This document shows positions 11,255 through 22,496 of a DNA stretch of 64,000 nucleotides, in pieces. The stretch lies in assembly GCF_003334315.1 (NCBI RefSeq), contig NZ_QOWR01000005.1. The stretch is one strand, 5' to 3'. Positions within the stretch are counted from its first letter, which is position 1; the number at the start of each line of letters is the position of its first letter. The position numbers and the translations under genes were made by a program. The stretch comes from Escherichia coli (GTDB lineage Bacteria > Pseudomonadota > Gammaproteobacteria > Enterobacterales > Enterobacteriaceae). The notes under the pieces are model-generated. The model was not told the DNA's origin, ran no database searches, and saw only the letters and a list, made by a program, of their open reading frames with translations.

Positions 11255-13234
11255 ATGAATCGTTTTATTATGGCCAACAGTCAGCAATGTCTGGGTTGTC
11301 ATGCTTGTGAAATCGCCTGTGTCATGGCTCACAATGATGAGCAACATGTCCTGAGCCAACACCATTTTCATCCCCGAATTACGGTTATCAAACATCAACA
11401 GCAACGTAGTGCAGTGACCTGTCACCATTGTGAAGATGCGCCCTGCGCCCGTAGCTGCCCTAATGGCGCAATCAGCCACGTTGATGACAGCATTCAGGTC
11501 AATCAGCAAAAGTGTATTGGCTGTAAATCCTGCGTGGTGGCCTGTCCTTTTGGTACGATGCAAATCGTCCTGACACCCGTCGCGGCAGGAAAAGTAAAAG
11601 CCACGGCGCATAAATGCGACCTTTGTGCGGGGCGCGAAAACGGTCCTGCCTGTGTTGAGAATTGCCCGGCGGACGCGCTGCAACTGGTCACTGACGTCGC
11701 ACTCTCCGGCATGGCGAAATCCCGCCGCTTGCGCACCGCGCGTCAGGAACATCAACCGTGGCATGCCAGTACCGCGGCGCAAGAAATGCCGGTAATGAGT
11801 AAAGTCGAACAAATGCAGGCAACGCCCGCGCGTGGCGAGCCGGATAAACTGGCGATTGAAGCGCGCAAAACCGGTTTTGATGAAATTTATCTGCCATTTC
11901 GCGCCGACCAGGCACAACGGGAAGCCTCGCGCTGCCTTAAGTGCGGCGAGCACAGCGTTTGTGAATGGACCTGCCCGCTGCATAACCATATACCGCAGTG
12001 GATTGAACTGGTGAAAGCCGGAAACATCGACGCCGCCGTCGAGCTTTCTCACCAGACCAACACCCTGCCGGAAATTACCGGACGCGTTTGTCCGCAAGAC
12101 CGTTTGTGTGAAGGTGCCTGTACTATTCGCGATGAGCACGGCGCGGTAACTATCGGCAACATTGAACGCTACATTTCAGATCAGGCGTTGGCGAAAGGTT
12201 GGCGTCCTGACTTAAGCCATGTCACCAAAGTGGACAAGCGGGTGGCGATTATCGGTGCAGGTCCGGCAGGGCTGGCCTGTGCGGATGTTCTGACCCGCAA
12301 TGGCGTGGGGGTGACGGTGTACGATCGCCATCCAGAAATCGGTGGCTTGCTCACTTTCGGCATTCCTTCTTTCAAACTGGATAAATCCCTGCTGGCACGC
12401 CGTCGGGAAATCTTCAGCGCGATGGGGATTCACTTCGAACTCAATTGTGAAGTGGGTAAAGATGTCTCTTTGGATTCGCTTTTGGAACAATACGACGCGG
12501 TCTTCGTTGGCGTAGGCACTTACCGTTCCATGAAAGCGGGTTTACCCAATGAAGATGCGCCGGGCGTTTATGACGCGCTGCCGTTCCTCATCGCCAACAC
12601 TAAACAGGTGATGGGGCTCGAAGAGCTACCGGAAGAGCCGTTTATCAATACCGCCGGACTTAACGTCGTGGTACTGGGCGGCGGCGACACCGCGATGGAC
12701 TGTGTGCGTACTGCGCTGCGCCACGGCGCGAGTAACGTCACCTGCGCTTATCGTCGTGATGAAGCTAACATGCCAGGCTCGAAGAAAGAGGTGAAGAACG
12801 CCCGCGAAGAGGGGGCCAACTTCGAATTTAACGTCCAGCCGGTGGCGCTTGAGCTGAATGAACAAGGTCACGTTTGCGGGATTCGTTTCCTGCGTACGCG
12901 TCTTGGCGAGCCGGATGCCCAGGGGCGTCGGCGTCCAGTACCGGTGGAAGGCAGTGAATTTGTCATGCCAGCCGACGCGGTGATTATGGCGTTTGGCTTC
13001 AATCCGCACGGGATGCCGTGGCTGGAGTCGCACGGTGTAACGGTAGACAAATGGGGCCGCATCATCGCGGATGTGGAAAGCCAGTACCGTTACCAGACCA
13101 CCAATCCGAAAATCTTCGCCGGTGGCGACGCCGTGCGTGGTGCGGATCTGGTGGTTACCGCAATGGCAGAAGGACGTCATGCGGCACAGGGGATTATTGA
13201 CTGGCTGGGGGTAAAATCAGTCAAATCTCACTGA
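11255..13234 (+). CDS. aegA: Fe-S cluster-containing oxidoreductase AegA
   Basis: 659 aa; N-terminal ferredoxin-like CxxCxxCxxxCP motifs; C-terminal GltD-like FAD/NAD(P) domain (GAGPAG). Confidence 0.9.
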   Translation: MNRFIMANSQQCLGCHACEIACVMAHNDEQHVLSQHHFHPRITVIKHQQQRSAVTCHHCEDAPCARSCPNGAISHVDDSIQVNQQKCIGCKSCVVACPFGTMQIVLTPVAAGKVKATAHKCDLCAGRENGPACVENCPADALQLVTDVALSGMAKSRRLRTARQEHQPWHASTAAQEMPVMSKVEQMQATPARGEPDKLAIEARKTGFDEIYLPFRADQAQREASRCLKCGEHSVCEWTCPLHNHIPQWIELVKAGNIDAAVELSHQTNTLPEITGRVCPQDRLCEGACTIRDEHGAVTIGNIERYISDQALAKGWRPDLSHVTKVDKRVAIIGAGPAGLACADVLTRNGVGVTVYDRHPEIGGLLTFGIPSFKLDKSLLARRREIFSAMGIHFELNCEVGKDVSLDSLLEQYDAVFVGVGTYRSMKAGLPNEDAPGVYDALPFLIANTKQVMGLEELPEEPFINTAGLNVVVLGGGDTAMDCVRTALRHGASNVTCAYRRDEANMPGSKKEVKNAREEGANFEFNVQPVALELNEQGHVCGIRFLRTRLGEPDAQGRRRPVPVEGSEFVMPADAVIMAFGFNPHGMPWLESHGVTVDKWGRIIADVESQYRYQTTNPKIFAGGDAVRGADLVVTAMAEGRHAAQGIIDWLGVKSVKSH

Positions 13235-13301
13235 TAGCCTGCGCAGACAAACCCGACTTCACAGCGTAATATAATTGTTCATTTCGCGCTGTGGAGTCGG
13301 T

Positions 13302-13877
13302 ATGACGCAACAAATCACCCTCATTAAAGACAAAATTCTCTCCGATAACTATTTCACCCTGCACAACATTACTTACGATCTCACGCGCAAAGATGGCGAA
13401 GTTATCCGCCATAAACGTGAAGTTTACGATCGCGGTAATGGTGCGACGATCCTCCTGTACAACGCGAAGAAAAAGACCGTGGTTCTGATTCGTCAGTTCC
13501 GTGTCGCTACCTGGGTTAATGGCAATGAAAGCGGGCAGCTGATTGAAACCTGCGCCGGGCTGCTGGATAACGACGAACCGGAAGTGTGCATTCGTAAAGA
13601 AGCGATTGAAGAGACGGGCTATGAAGTGGGCGAAGTGCGCAAATTATTTGAACTGTATATGTCGCCAGGCGGTGTGACTGAGCTAATCCACTTTTTTATC
13701 GCCGAATACAGTGACAATCAGCGCGCTAACGCCGGTGGCGGTGTCGAAGATGAAGATATTGAAGTGCTCGAGCTGCCGTTCAGCCAGGCGCTGGAGATGA
13801 TCAAAACCGGCGAGATACGTGACGGTAAGACGGTGTTATTGCTTAACTATTTGCAAACGTCACATTTAATGGACTGA
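13302..13877 (+). CDS. nudK: GDP-mannose pyrophosphatase (Nudix hydrolase) NudK
   Basis: 191 aa from ATG 13302 with GGAG SD; Nudix box [24 protein letters not shown]. Confidence 0.88.
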   Translation: MTQQITLIKDKILSDNYFTLHNITYDLTRKDGEVIRHKREVYDRGNGATILLYNAKKKTVVLIRQFRVATWVNGNESGQLIETCAGLLDNDEPEVCIRKEAIEETGYEVGEVRKLFELYMSPGGVTELIHFFIAEYSDNQRANAGGGVEDEDIEVLELPFSQALEMIKTGEIRDGKTVLLLNYLQTSHLMD

Positions 13878-14002
13878 AAAATAACAATAATATTTCGTTG
13901 TTTATTATTGGCTCAATCCGACAAATCTGATTGAGCCGCGCTACCTGCGCAACGAAGATACGACTTGTGCTGTTTGTTTGAACTTCTGGGGTCGTACCGT
14001 CC

Positions 14003-15046
14003 ATGCGCTATCGCATTTTCCTTCTCTTTTTTTTCGCTTTGTTGCCGACGTCTTTGGCGTGGGCGGCACCAGCGCAACGGGCGTTTTCCGACTGGCAGGT
14101 CACCTGTAATAACCAAAACTTCTGCGTGGCGCGCAATACGGGCGATCATAATGGACTGGTGATGACCCTGAGCCGCAGCGCCGGGGCGCATACCGATGCC
14201 GTTTTACGTATTGAGCGCGGCGGGTTGAAGTCGCCGGATGCGTCTGAAGGGGAGATAGCGCCACGGCTGCTGTTAGATGGTGAGCCGTTGGCGTTAAGTG
14301 GTGACAAGTGGCGGATTTCACCATGGTTATTAGTAACCGATGATACGGCAACCATCACCGCGTTTTTGCAGATAATTCAGGAAGGGAAGGCGATTACCTT
14401 ACGCGACGGCAATCAGACCATTTCTCTGAGCGGCTTAAAAGCGGCGTTGTTGTTTATTGATGCTCAGCAAAAGCGCGTTGGCAGTGAAACCGCCTGGATC
14501 AAGAAAGGGGACGAACCGCCGCTCAGCGTACCGCCCGCGCCTGCGCTGAAAGAGGTCGCGGTGGTTAACCCAACGCCGACGCCACTCTCACTCGAAGAAC
14601 GCAACGATTTGCTGGATTATGGAAACTGGCGGATGAATGGTCTGCGCTGCTCGCTTGATCCATTGCGTCGTGAGGTGAATGTCACTGCGCTGACTGATGA
14701 TAAAGCGCTGATGATGATTAGCTGTGAGGCAGGGGCCTATAACACCATTGATTTGGCATGGATTGTGTCGCGTAAAAAGCCACTAGCCTCGCGCCCGGTT
14801 CGGTTGCGTTTGCCGTTCAACAACGGGCAGGAGACGAATGAACTGGAACTGATGAACGCAACATTTGATGAGAAATCGCGTGAACTGGTGACCTTAGCGA
14901 AAGGGCGCGGATTAAGCGATTGTGGCATTCAGGCGCGCTGGCGCTTTGACGGTCAGCGTTTTCGCCTGGTGCGTTACGCCGCAGAACCCACCTGCGATAA
15001 CTGGCATGGGCCAGACGCCTGGCCCACGTTGTGGATCACCCGTTAA
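14003..15046 (+). CDS. ypfG: Secreted DUF1176-family protein YpfG
   Basis: 347 aa; cleavable signal peptide (LLPTSLAWAAP); synteny. Confidence 0.8.
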   Translation: MRYRIFLLFFFALLPTSLAWAAPAQRAFSDWQVTCNNQNFCVARNTGDHNGLVMTLSRSAGAHTDAVLRIERGGLKSPDASEGEIAPRLLLDGEPLALSGDKWRISPWLLVTDDTATITAFLQIIQEGKAITLRDGNQTISLSGLKAALLFIDAQQKRVGSETAWIKKGDEPPLSVPPAPALKEVAVVNPTPTPLSLEERNDLLDYGNWRMNGLRCSLDPLRREVNVTALTDDKALMMISCEAGAYNTIDLAWIVSRKKPLASRPVRLRLPFNNGQETNELELMNATFDEKSRELVTLAKGRGLSDCGIQARWRFDGQRFRLVRYAAEPTCDNWHGPDAWPTLWITR

Positions 15047-15067
15047 ACAAAATGGCGGGGACATGTA

Positions 15068-15166
15068 GACCGGATAAGACGCTGTAGGCCGGATAAGACG
15101 CGTCAGCGTCGCATCCGGCAATCAGCATCCGGCAATCAGCATCCGGCAATCAGCATCCGGCGATCA
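15068..15166. repeat. REP elements followed by a 14-bp tandem array (gcatccggcaatca x3 plus one variant copy)
   Basis: two ccggataagacgc REP cores at about 15071-15103; tandem copies at 15111-15124, 15125-15138, 15139-15152 and variant 15153-15166. Confidence 0.85.
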
Positions 15167-15169
15167 CCA

Positions 15170-17173
15170 TCAGGCACCTTTCACTCCCAGCACCTTATGC
15201 GCTTTTGCCACAATATTCTCGGCGGTAAAGCCAAAGAACGGGAACAGCTTATCCGCCGGAGCAGATTCCCCGTAACCCGTCATCCCGACAATTGCCCCTT
15301 TCAGACCAACATACTTGTACCAGTAATCGGCAATACCTGCTTCCACCGCCACGCGAGCCGCAACGTTAGAAGGCAACACCGACTCCCGATATTCCTCATC
15401 CTGGGCGTCGAAAATATCGGTCGAGGGCAGGGAAACTACGCGTACATTGCGACCTTCTCCCGCTAATTTCTCTGCCGCTTGCAGGGTGATTTCCATCTCT
15501 GAACCGGTGGCAATCAAAATAATATCTGGCTTACCGCCGCTGTCTTTCAGCACATAACCGCCACGAGCAATCTCTTTAACCTGATCCGGCGTACGTTCCA
15601 CCTGGGCCAGATTCTGCCTGGAGAGGATCAGTGCCGTCGGTCCGTTGTGGCGCTCAACCGCCAGCTTCCAGCCCACCGCTGCTTCCACCTGATCGCACGG
15701 TCGCCAGGTGCTGAAATTTGGCGTTAAGCGCAGGCTGGCCAGTTGCTCAACAGCCTGGTGCGTCGGACCATCTTCGCCCAGGCCAATTGAGTCGTGGGTA
15801 TAAACCATAATCTGCCGCGCTTTCATCAGTGCCGCCATCCGCGCGGCGTTACGGGCGTATTCAACAAACATCAGGAACGTCGCGGTATACGGCACAAAGC
15901 CGCCGTGGTGCGCGATGCCGTTGGCGATAGCGGTCATGCCAAATTCACGCACCCCGTAGTGAATGTAGTTGCCCGCCGGATCTTCCTTCAGCGAAACAGA
16001 ACCTTTCCAGATGGTCAGGTTGCTGGGAGCCAGATCCGCCGAACCGCCGAGCAGCTCCGGTAGCATAGGCCCGTAAGCGTTAAGCGTATTTTGCGAAGCC
16101 TTACGGGTAGCGATTTTCGCCGGATTTGCCTGTAACTCATTGATATACTTCTGAGTCGTTTTCTCCCAGTCCTTCGGTAAACCACCGCTCATCCGACGGG
16201 TAAACTCTTCTGCCAGTTGCGGATGAGCCTTTTTATAGGCGGCAAACTTCTCATTCCAGCTCTGCTGCGCTTTTTCGCCTTTTTCGCGGGCATCCCAGGC
16301 GTGATAAATCTCTTTAGGGATCTCAAATGGCGGATGGTGCCAGCCCAGTTTTTGCCGTGCCAGCGCCACTTCTTCTTCCCCCAGAGGTGCGCCGTGCGCC
16401 TCTTCCTTACCTGCTTTATTCGGCGAACCAAAGCCAATCACCGTACGGCAGATAATCAGCGACGGCTTATCTTTCACGCTTTGCGCTTCAAGGATCGCTT
16501 CCTTCACCGCCTGCGGATCGTGACCGTCGATTTCATGGATCACATGCCAGTGATAGGCTTCAAAACGTTTTGCCGTATCGTCGGTAAACCAGCCTTCGGT
16601 TTCTCCATCAATCGAAATACCGTTGTGATCGTAAAAACCAATCAGCTTGCCCAGTCCCAGCGTGCCCGCCAGCGAACAGACTTCGTGGGAAATACCTTCC
16701 ATCAGGCAGCCGTCGCCCATAAACACATAGGTGAAGTGATCGACAATTTCATGATCCGGCTGGTTAAACTGCGCCGCCAGTGTACGCTCTGCTATCGCCA
16801 GTCCGACGGCGTTCGCCAAACCTTGTCCAAGCGGGCCGGTGGTGGTTTCAACACCTGGCGTATAACCAATCTCCGGGTGGCCTGGGGTTTTCGAATGCAA
16901 CTGACGGAAGTTCTTCAGTTCTTCCAGCGGCAGGTCGTAACCGGTCAGATGCAGCAAACTGTAGAGCAGCATCGACGCGTGACCGTTGGAAAGAATAAAG
17001 CGGTCGCGATCATACCAGGTTGGGTCGGTGGGGTTATGTTTAAGAAAATCGTTCCACAGCACTTCGGCAATATCAGCCATGCCCATCGGCGCGCCGGGAT
17101 GACCAGAATTGGCTTTTTGTACCGCATCCATACTGAGTGCGCGAATCGCATTGGCAAGGTCATTTCGGGACAT
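15170..17173 (-). CDS. tktB: Transketolase 2
   Basis: 667 aa from ATG 17173 ([14 protein letters not shown]...); TPP-binding motifs; ORF track extends 21 codons upstream. Confidence 0.93.
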   Translation of the reverse strand: MSRNDLANAIRALSMDAVQKANSGHPGAPMGMADIAEVLWNDFLKHNPTDPTWYDRDRFILSNGHASMLLYSLLHLTGYDLPLEELKNFRQLHSKTPGHPEIGYTPGVETTTGPLGQGLANAVGLAIAERTLAAQFNQPDHEIVDHFTYVFMGDGCLMEGISHEVCSLAGTLGLGKLIGFYDHNGISIDGETEGWFTDDTAKRFEAYHWHVIHEIDGHDPQAVKEAILEAQSVKDKPSLIICRTVIGFGSPNKAGKEEAHGAPLGEEEVALARQKLGWHHPPFEIPKEIYHAWDAREKGEKAQQSWNEKFAAYKKAHPQLAEEFTRRMSGGLPKDWEKTTQKYINELQANPAKIATRKASQNTLNAYGPMLPELLGGSADLAPSNLTIWKGSVSLKEDPAGNYIHYGVREFGMTAIANGIAHHGGFVPYTATFLMFVEYARNAARMAALMKARQIMVYTHDSIGLGEDGPTHQAVEQLASLRLTPNFSTWRPCDQVEAAVGWKLAVERHNGPTALILSRQNLAQVERTPDQVKEIARGGYVLKDSGGKPDIILIATGSEMEITLQAAEKLAGEGRNVRVVSLPSTDIFDAQDEEYRESVLPSNVAARVAVEAGIADYWYKYVGLKGAIVGMTGYGESAPADKLFPFFGFTAENIVAKAHKVLGVKGA

Positions 17174-17192
17174 ATAACACTCCGTGGCTGGT

Positions 17193-18143
17193 TTATAGTT
17201 TGGCGGCAAGAAGATCTTCCAGTTTGCGTTGATCAACGGCGAACAGACGAATGCCTTCAGACAGTTTTTCTACCGCCATCGCATCCTGATTGTGCTCCCA
17301 ACGGAACTCCGCTTCGCTCATGGGAGCTGGGTGTGGGAACGTCTGAGAAGGTGGGATTAATTTACGTACCACTGGCGAAACTTTTTCCTGCAGCTCCTTC
17401 AGCAAATTCGGTGCGATAGTCAGTCGATCGCAGCCGGTTAAGGCGAGGATTTGTTCGGTGCGACGGAAGCTCGCGCCCATCACAATGGTTTCATAGTGGT
17501 GTTGCTTATAGTAGTCGTAGATATTGCGCACCGATTTAACGCCCGGATCTTCTTCCACCACATACGGGTCCATCGGCTTGCGTGCCTGATACCAGTCATA
17601 AATACGCCCGACAAACGGCGAAATCAGAAAAACGCCTGCTTCCGCACAGGCCCGGGCCTGTGCAAAAGAAAACAGCAGCGTCAGGTTGCAGTTAATACCT
17701 TCTTTTTCCAGCTCTTCTGCCGCGCGAATTCCTTCCCAGGTCGAAGCCAGCTTGATCAGAATGCGTGATTTCTCAACGCCTTGTTGCTGATACAAGTCCA
17801 CCAGATGGCGCGCCTTCTCAATACTCTTTTCTTTATCAAAAGAGAGGCGTGCATCAACTTCTGTTGACACGCGACCGGGTACGATTTTGAGAATTTCAGC
17901 ACCGAAATTGACCGCCAGTTTGTCACACGCTGCGACCACCTGTTGTTCCTGGGTCTTGCCATTTTTTTTACCCCAGGCGATAGCATCGTCTATTAAATGC
18001 TCATATTGTGATAATCCGGCAGCCTTGAGTAACAGCGAAGGATTGGTGGTGGCATCCTGGGGATGATAATGGCGAATGGACTCAATATCGCCGCTGTCTG
18101 CCACGACAGTGGTGAACTGTTTGATGCCGTCTAACTCGTTCAT
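17193..18143 (-). CDS. talA: Transaldolase A
   Basis: 316 aa; transaldolase family; talA-tktB operon arrangement. Confidence 0.93.
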   Translation of the reverse strand: MNELDGIKQFTTVVADSGDIESIRHYHPQDATTNPSLLLKAAGLSQYEHLIDDAIAWGKKNGKTQEQQVVAACDKLAVNFGAEILKIVPGRVSTEVDARLSFDKEKSIEKARHLVDLYQQQGVEKSRILIKLASTWEGIRAAEELEKEGINCNLTLLFSFAQARACAEAGVFLISPFVGRIYDWYQARKPMDPYVVEEDPGVKSVRNIYDYYKQHHYETIVMGASFRRTEQILALTGCDRLTIAPNLLKELQEKVSPVVRKLIPPSQTFPHPAPMSEAEFRWEHNQDAMAVEKLSEGIRLFAVDQRKLEDLLAAKL

Positions 18144-18431
18144 AGGAAATACTCCTTGAAAAGTAAAGTGTTAGATGAGTGCGTTAATTCACACTTCTGA
18201 GAAATTTCGCTAAACGCATCAAAAAAGCATAGCAGACAGGCATGGTATTGCTGGATTAAGCAGGTAACATCAGTGTTATAGGATTATTACCAAAACATTA
18301 TATTAATGGTGAGAGTTTGGACTTGCTCAAAGTCTGTAGACTCCGGCAAGGTAATAATGTGCGCCACGTTGTGGGCAGGGGCTGTTGCCCACACACTTTA
18401 TTTGTGAACGTTACGTGAAAGGAACAACCAA

Positions 18432-20711
18432 ATGGATGACCAGTTAAAACAAAGTGCACTTGATTTCCATGAATTTCCAGTTCCAGGGAAAATCCAGGTT
18501 TCTCCAACCAAGCCTCTGGCAACGCAGCGCGATCTGGCGCTGGCCTACTCACCAGGCGTTGCCGCACCTTGTCTTGAAATCGAAAAAGACCCGTTAAAAG
18601 CCTACAAATATACCGCGCGCGGTAACCTGGTGGCGGTGATCTCTAACGGTACGGCGGTGCTGGGGTTAGGCAACATTGGCGCGCTGGCAGGCAAACCGGT
18701 GATGGAAGGCAAGGGCGTTCTGTTTAAGAAATTTGCCGGGATTGATGTATTTGACATTGAAGTTGACGAACTCGACCCGGACAAATTTATTGAAGTCGTC
18801 GCTGCGCTCGAACCGACCTTCGGCGGAATCAACCTCGAAGACATTAAAGCGCCAGAATGTTTCTATATTGAACAGAAACTGCGCGAGCGGATGAATATTC
18901 CGGTATTCCACGACGATCAGCACGGCACGGCAATTATCAGCACAGCCGCCATCCTCAACGGCTTGCGCGTGGTGGAGAAAAACATCTCTGACGTGCGGAT
19001 GGTGGTTTCCGGCGCGGGCGCCGCAGCAATCGCCTGTATGAACCTGCTGGTAGCGCTGGGTCTGCAAAAACATAACATCGTGGTTTGCGATTCAAAAGGC
19101 GTTATCTATCAGGGCCGTGAGCCAAACATGGCGGAAACCAAAGCCGCATATGCGGTGGTGGATGACGGCAAACGAACCCTCGATGATGTGATTGAAGGCG
19201 CGGATATTTTCCTCGGCTGTTCCGGCCCGAAAGTGCTGACCCAGGAAATGGTGAAGAAAATGGCTCGTGCGCCAATGATCCTGGCGCTGGCGAACCCGGA
19301 ACCGGAAATTCTGCCGCCGCTGGCGAAAGAAGTGCGTCCGGATGCCATCATCTGTACCGGCCGTTCCGACTACCCGAACCAGGTGAACAACGTCCTTTGC
19401 TTCCCGTTCATCTTCCGTGGCGCGCTGGACGTTGGCGCAACCGCCATCAACGAAGAGATGAAACTGGCGGCGGTACGCGCGATTGCAGAACTGGCCCATG
19501 CGGAACAGAGCGAAGTGGTGGCTTCAGCGTATGGCGATCAGGATCTGAGCTTTGGTCCGGAATACATCATTCCAAAACCGTTTGATCCGCGCTTGATCGT
19601 TAAGATCGCTCCTGCGGTCGCGAAAGCGGCGATGGAGTCGGGCGTGGCGACGCGTCCGATTGCTGATTTCGACGTCTACATCGACAAGCTGACTGAGTTC
19701 GTTTACAAAACCAACCTGTTTATGAAGCCGATTTTCTCCCAGGCTCGCAAAGCGCCGAAGCGCGTAGTTCTGCCGGAAGGGGAAGAGGCGCGCGTTCTGC
19801 ATGCCACTCAGGAACTGGTAACGCTGGGACTGGCGAAACCGATCCTTATCGGTCGTCCGAACGTGATCGAAATGCGCATTCAGAAACTGGGCTTGCAGAT
19901 CAAAGCGGGCGTTGATTTTGAGATCGTCAATAACGAATCCGATCCGCGCTTTAAAGAGTACTGGACCGAATACTTCCAGATCATGAAGCGTCGTGGTGTC
20001 ACTCAGGAACAGGCGCAGCGTGCGCTGATCAGTAACCCGACAGTGATCGGCGCGATCATGGTTCAGCGTGGGGAAGCCGATGCAATGATCTGCGGTACGG
20101 TGGGCGATTATCATGAACATTTTAGCGTGGTGAAAAATGTCTTTGGTTATCGCGATGGCGTTCACACCGCAGGTGCAATGAACGCGCTGCTGCTGCCGAG
20201 TGGTAACACCTTTATTGCCGATACCTACGTCAATGACGAACCAGACGCAGAAGAGCTGGCGGAGATCACCTTGATGGCGGCAGAAACTGTCCGTCGTTTC
20301 GGTATTGAACCGCGCGTTGCTCTGTTGTCGCACTCCAACTTTGGTTCTTCTGACTGCCCGTCGTCGAGCAAAATGCGTCAGGCGCTGGAGCTGGTCAGGG
20401 AACGTGCGCCAGAACTGATGATTGATGGTGAAATGCACGGCGATGCAGCGCTGGTGGAAGCGATTCGCAACGACCGTATGCCGGACAGCCCTTTGAAAGG
20501 TTCTGCCAATATTCTGGTGATGCCGAACATGGAAGCTGCCCGCATTAGTTACAACTTACTGCGCGTTTCCAGCTCGGAAGGTGTGACTGTCGGTCCGGTG
20601 CTGATGGGCGTGGCGAAACCGGTTCACGTGTTAACGCCGATCGCATCGGTACGTCGTATCGTCAACATGGTAGCGCTGGCCGTGGTTGAAGCGCAAACCC
20701 AACCGCTGTAA
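18432..20711 (+). CDS. maeB: NADP-dependent malic enzyme
   Basis: 759 aa; malic-enzyme domain fused to C-terminal phosphotransacetylase-like domain. Confidence 0.93.
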   Translation: MDDQLKQSALDFHEFPVPGKIQVSPTKPLATQRDLALAYSPGVAAPCLEIEKDPLKAYKYTARGNLVAVISNGTAVLGLGNIGALAGKPVMEGKGVLFKKFAGIDVFDIEVDELDPDKFIEVVAALEPTFGGINLEDIKAPECFYIEQKLRERMNIPVFHDDQHGTAIISTAAILNGLRVVEKNISDVRMVVSGAGAAAIACMNLLVALGLQKHNIVVCDSKGVIYQGREPNMAETKAAYAVVDDGKRTLDDVIEGADIFLGCSGPKVLTQEMVKKMARAPMILALANPEPEILPPLAKEVRPDAIICTGRSDYPNQVNNVLCFPFIFRGALDVGATAINEEMKLAAVRAIAELAHAEQSEVVASAYGDQDLSFGPEYIIPKPFDPRLIVKIAPAVAKAAMESGVATRPIADFDVYIDKLTEFVYKTNLFMKPIFSQARKAPKRVVLPEGEEARVLHATQELVTLGLAKPILIGRPNVIEMRIQKLGLQIKAGVDFEIVNNESDPRFKEYWTEYFQIMKRRGVTQEQAQRALISNPTVIGAIMVQRGEADAMICGTVGDYHEHFSVVKNVFGYRDGVHTAGAMNALLLPSGNTFIADTYVNDEPDAEELAEITLMAAETVRRFGIEPRVALLSHSNFGSSDCPSSSKMRQALELVRERAPELMIDGEMHGDAALVEAIRNDRMPDSPLKGSANILVMPNMEAARISYNLLRVSSSEGVTVGPVLMGVAKPVHVLTPIASVRRIVNMVALAVVEAQTQPL

Positions 20712-20729
20712 TTCTTTTTTTAACTCTCA

Positions 20730-20757
20730 CGCTTACCCTGAATATTCAGGGTAAGCG
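20730..20757. other. Perfect 28-bp palindrome downstream of maeB (candidate terminator or operator)
   Basis: cgcttaccctgaatattcagggtaagcg is its own reverse complement; T-run immediately upstream. Confidence 0.6.
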
Positions 20758-20762
20758 GTTTA

Positions 20763-21004
20763 GCTGCAATATATTAGTAAAGCTTATTACTGAGTTTGCG
20801 AATAATAAAAAAAGCAGTATATAAAATATCTCGAGATTATTTTATTTATATTCATGCGTCGCATATGAAAGTTTATTCATAACAGTAAATATCTCTCCAT
20901 TCTTAGTGATCTACCTCACCTTTTAAACGCGCTTGCCGAATTTTGTTATTTACTCTGACGAAAAATTGTCACGATACACGAAAGTTTTTCACAGGCGGCG
21001 ACTC
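20763..21004 (+). promoter_or_regulatory. AT-rich eut operon promoter region upstream of eutS
   Basis: about 240 bp AT-rich non-coding DNA preceding the first eut gene; exact sites not resolvable by eye. Confidence 0.5.
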
Positions 21005-21340
21005 ATGGATAAAGAACGCATCATTCAGGAATTTGTGCCCGGCAAACAGGTCACGCTGGCGCATCTCATCGCGCATCCCGGCGAGGAACTGGCGAAGAAA
21101 ATCGGCGTTCCGGATGCTGGCGCAATCGGCATTATGACGCTAACTCCCGGCGAAACGGCGATGATCGCCGGTGATTTAGCATTGAAAGCCGCTGATGTGC
21201 ATATCGGTTTTCTCGACCGTTTTAGCGGCGCGCTGGTGATTTATGGCTCGGTGGGTGCAGTAGAAGAAGCGTTATCACAAACCGTCAGTGGTTTAGGTCG
21301 CTTATTAAATTATACGCTTTGTGAAATGACCAAAAGTTAA
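21005..21340 (+). CDS. eutS: Ethanolamine microcompartment shell protein EutS (BMC domain)
   Basis: 111 aa from ATG 21005 ([10 protein letters not shown]...); ORF track starts 24 codons upstream. Confidence 0.9.
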
Positions 21341-21352
21341 TACGAGGCATTC

Positions 21353-21832
21353 ATGAAACGAATTGCGTTTGTGGGTACCGTCGGGGCAGGGAAAACAACG
21401 TTATTTAATGCGTTGCAGGGGAATTATACCCTCGCCAGAAAAACACAGGTCGTGGAATTTAATGATAAGGGCGATATTGATACGCCGGGTGAATATTTTA
21501 GCCATCCCCGCTGGTATCACGCCTTAATTACCACGCTACAGGATGTGGACATGCTGATCTATGTCCACGGCGCGAATGACCCGGAAAGTCGGTTGCCTGC
21601 CGGGTTGCTGGATATTGGCGTCAGCAAACGGCAAATCGCCGTTATCAGTAAAACGGACATGCCGGATGCTGACGTCGCCGCAACGCGAAAGTTATTGCTT
21701 GAGACGGGCTTCGAAGAGCCGATTTTCGAGCTAAACAGCCACGACCCGCAAAGCGTGCAGCAACTGGTGGATTATCTGGCATCTCTCACCAAACAGGAGG
21801 AAGCAGGTGAAAAAACTCATCACAGCGAATGA
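21353..21832 (+). CDS. eutP: Ethanolamine utilisation P-loop NTPase EutP
   Basis: 159 aa; Walker A GTVGAGKTT. Confidence 0.9.
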   Translation: MKRIAFVGTVGAGKTTLFNALQGNYTLARKTQVVEFNDKGDIDTPGEYFSHPRWYHALITTLQDVDMLIYVHGANDPESRLPAGLLDIGVSKRQIAVISKTDMPDADVAATRKLLLETGFEEPIFELNSHDPQSVQQLVDYLASLTKQEEAGEKTHHSE

Positions 21833-22496
21833 TATTCGTGAAGCACACGCGCGCGGCGAACAGGCAATGTCCGTGGTTCTGCGCGCCAGCATTATTACCC
21901 CGGAAGCCCGTGAAGTGGCAGATCTGTTGGGTTTTACCATCACCGAATGCGAGGAATCGACACCAGCAACGGTATCTGTGCCCGTAGAGAAAACCGAAAG
22001 CCAGCGTATCCGCGAAACCATTATCGCCCAGCTACCGGAAGGCCAGTTTACCGAAAGCCTGGTCGCGCAGCTGATGGAAAAAGTGATGAAGGAAAAACAG
22101 TCGCTGGAGCAGGGCGCAATGCAGCCGAGCTTCAAATCGGTGACCGGCAAAGGCGGCATCAAAGTGATTGATGGCAGTAGCGTCAAGTTTGGTCGTTTCG
22201 ATGGCGCACAGCCACACTGCGTCGGATTAACGGATTTGGTTACCGGAGACGACGGCAGCAGCATGGCCGCCGGTTTTATGCAGTGGGACAACGCCTTCTT
22301 CCCGTGGACCCTGAACTACGACGAAATCGACATGGTGCTGGAAGGGGAGCTGCATGTTCGCCACGAAGGCGAAACCATGATCGCCAAAGCAGGCGACGTG
22401 ATGTTTATCCCGAAAGGCTCCAGCATCGAATTTGGTACGACATCCAGCGTGAAATTCCTGTATGTCGCCTGGCCAGCTAACTGGCAATCCCTATGA
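21807..22496 (+). CDS. eutQ: Ethanolamine utilisation cupin-family protein EutQ
   Basis: 229 aa from GTG 21807, the first start codon after an in-frame stop; AGGAGG SD at 21795-21800; overlaps eutP by 26 nt. Confidence 0.85.
   Translation: MKKLITANDIREAHARGEQAMSVVLRASIITPEAREVADLLGFTITECEESTPATVSVPVEKTESQRIRETIIAQLPEGQFTESLVAQLMEKVMKEKQSLEQGAMQPSFKSVTGKGGIKVIDGSSVKFGRFDGAQPHCVGLTDLVTGDDGSSMAAGFMQWDNAFFPWTLNYDEIDMVLEGELHVRHEGETMIAKAGDVMFIPKGSSIEFGTTSSVKFLYVAWPANWQSL

Noticed and set aside
15068-15170. Possible CRISPR array given short direct repeats
   Set aside because: The units are 14 bp and contiguous with no spacers, there are no cas genes nearby, and the sequence is REP-derived; this is a tandem repeat, not CRISPR.
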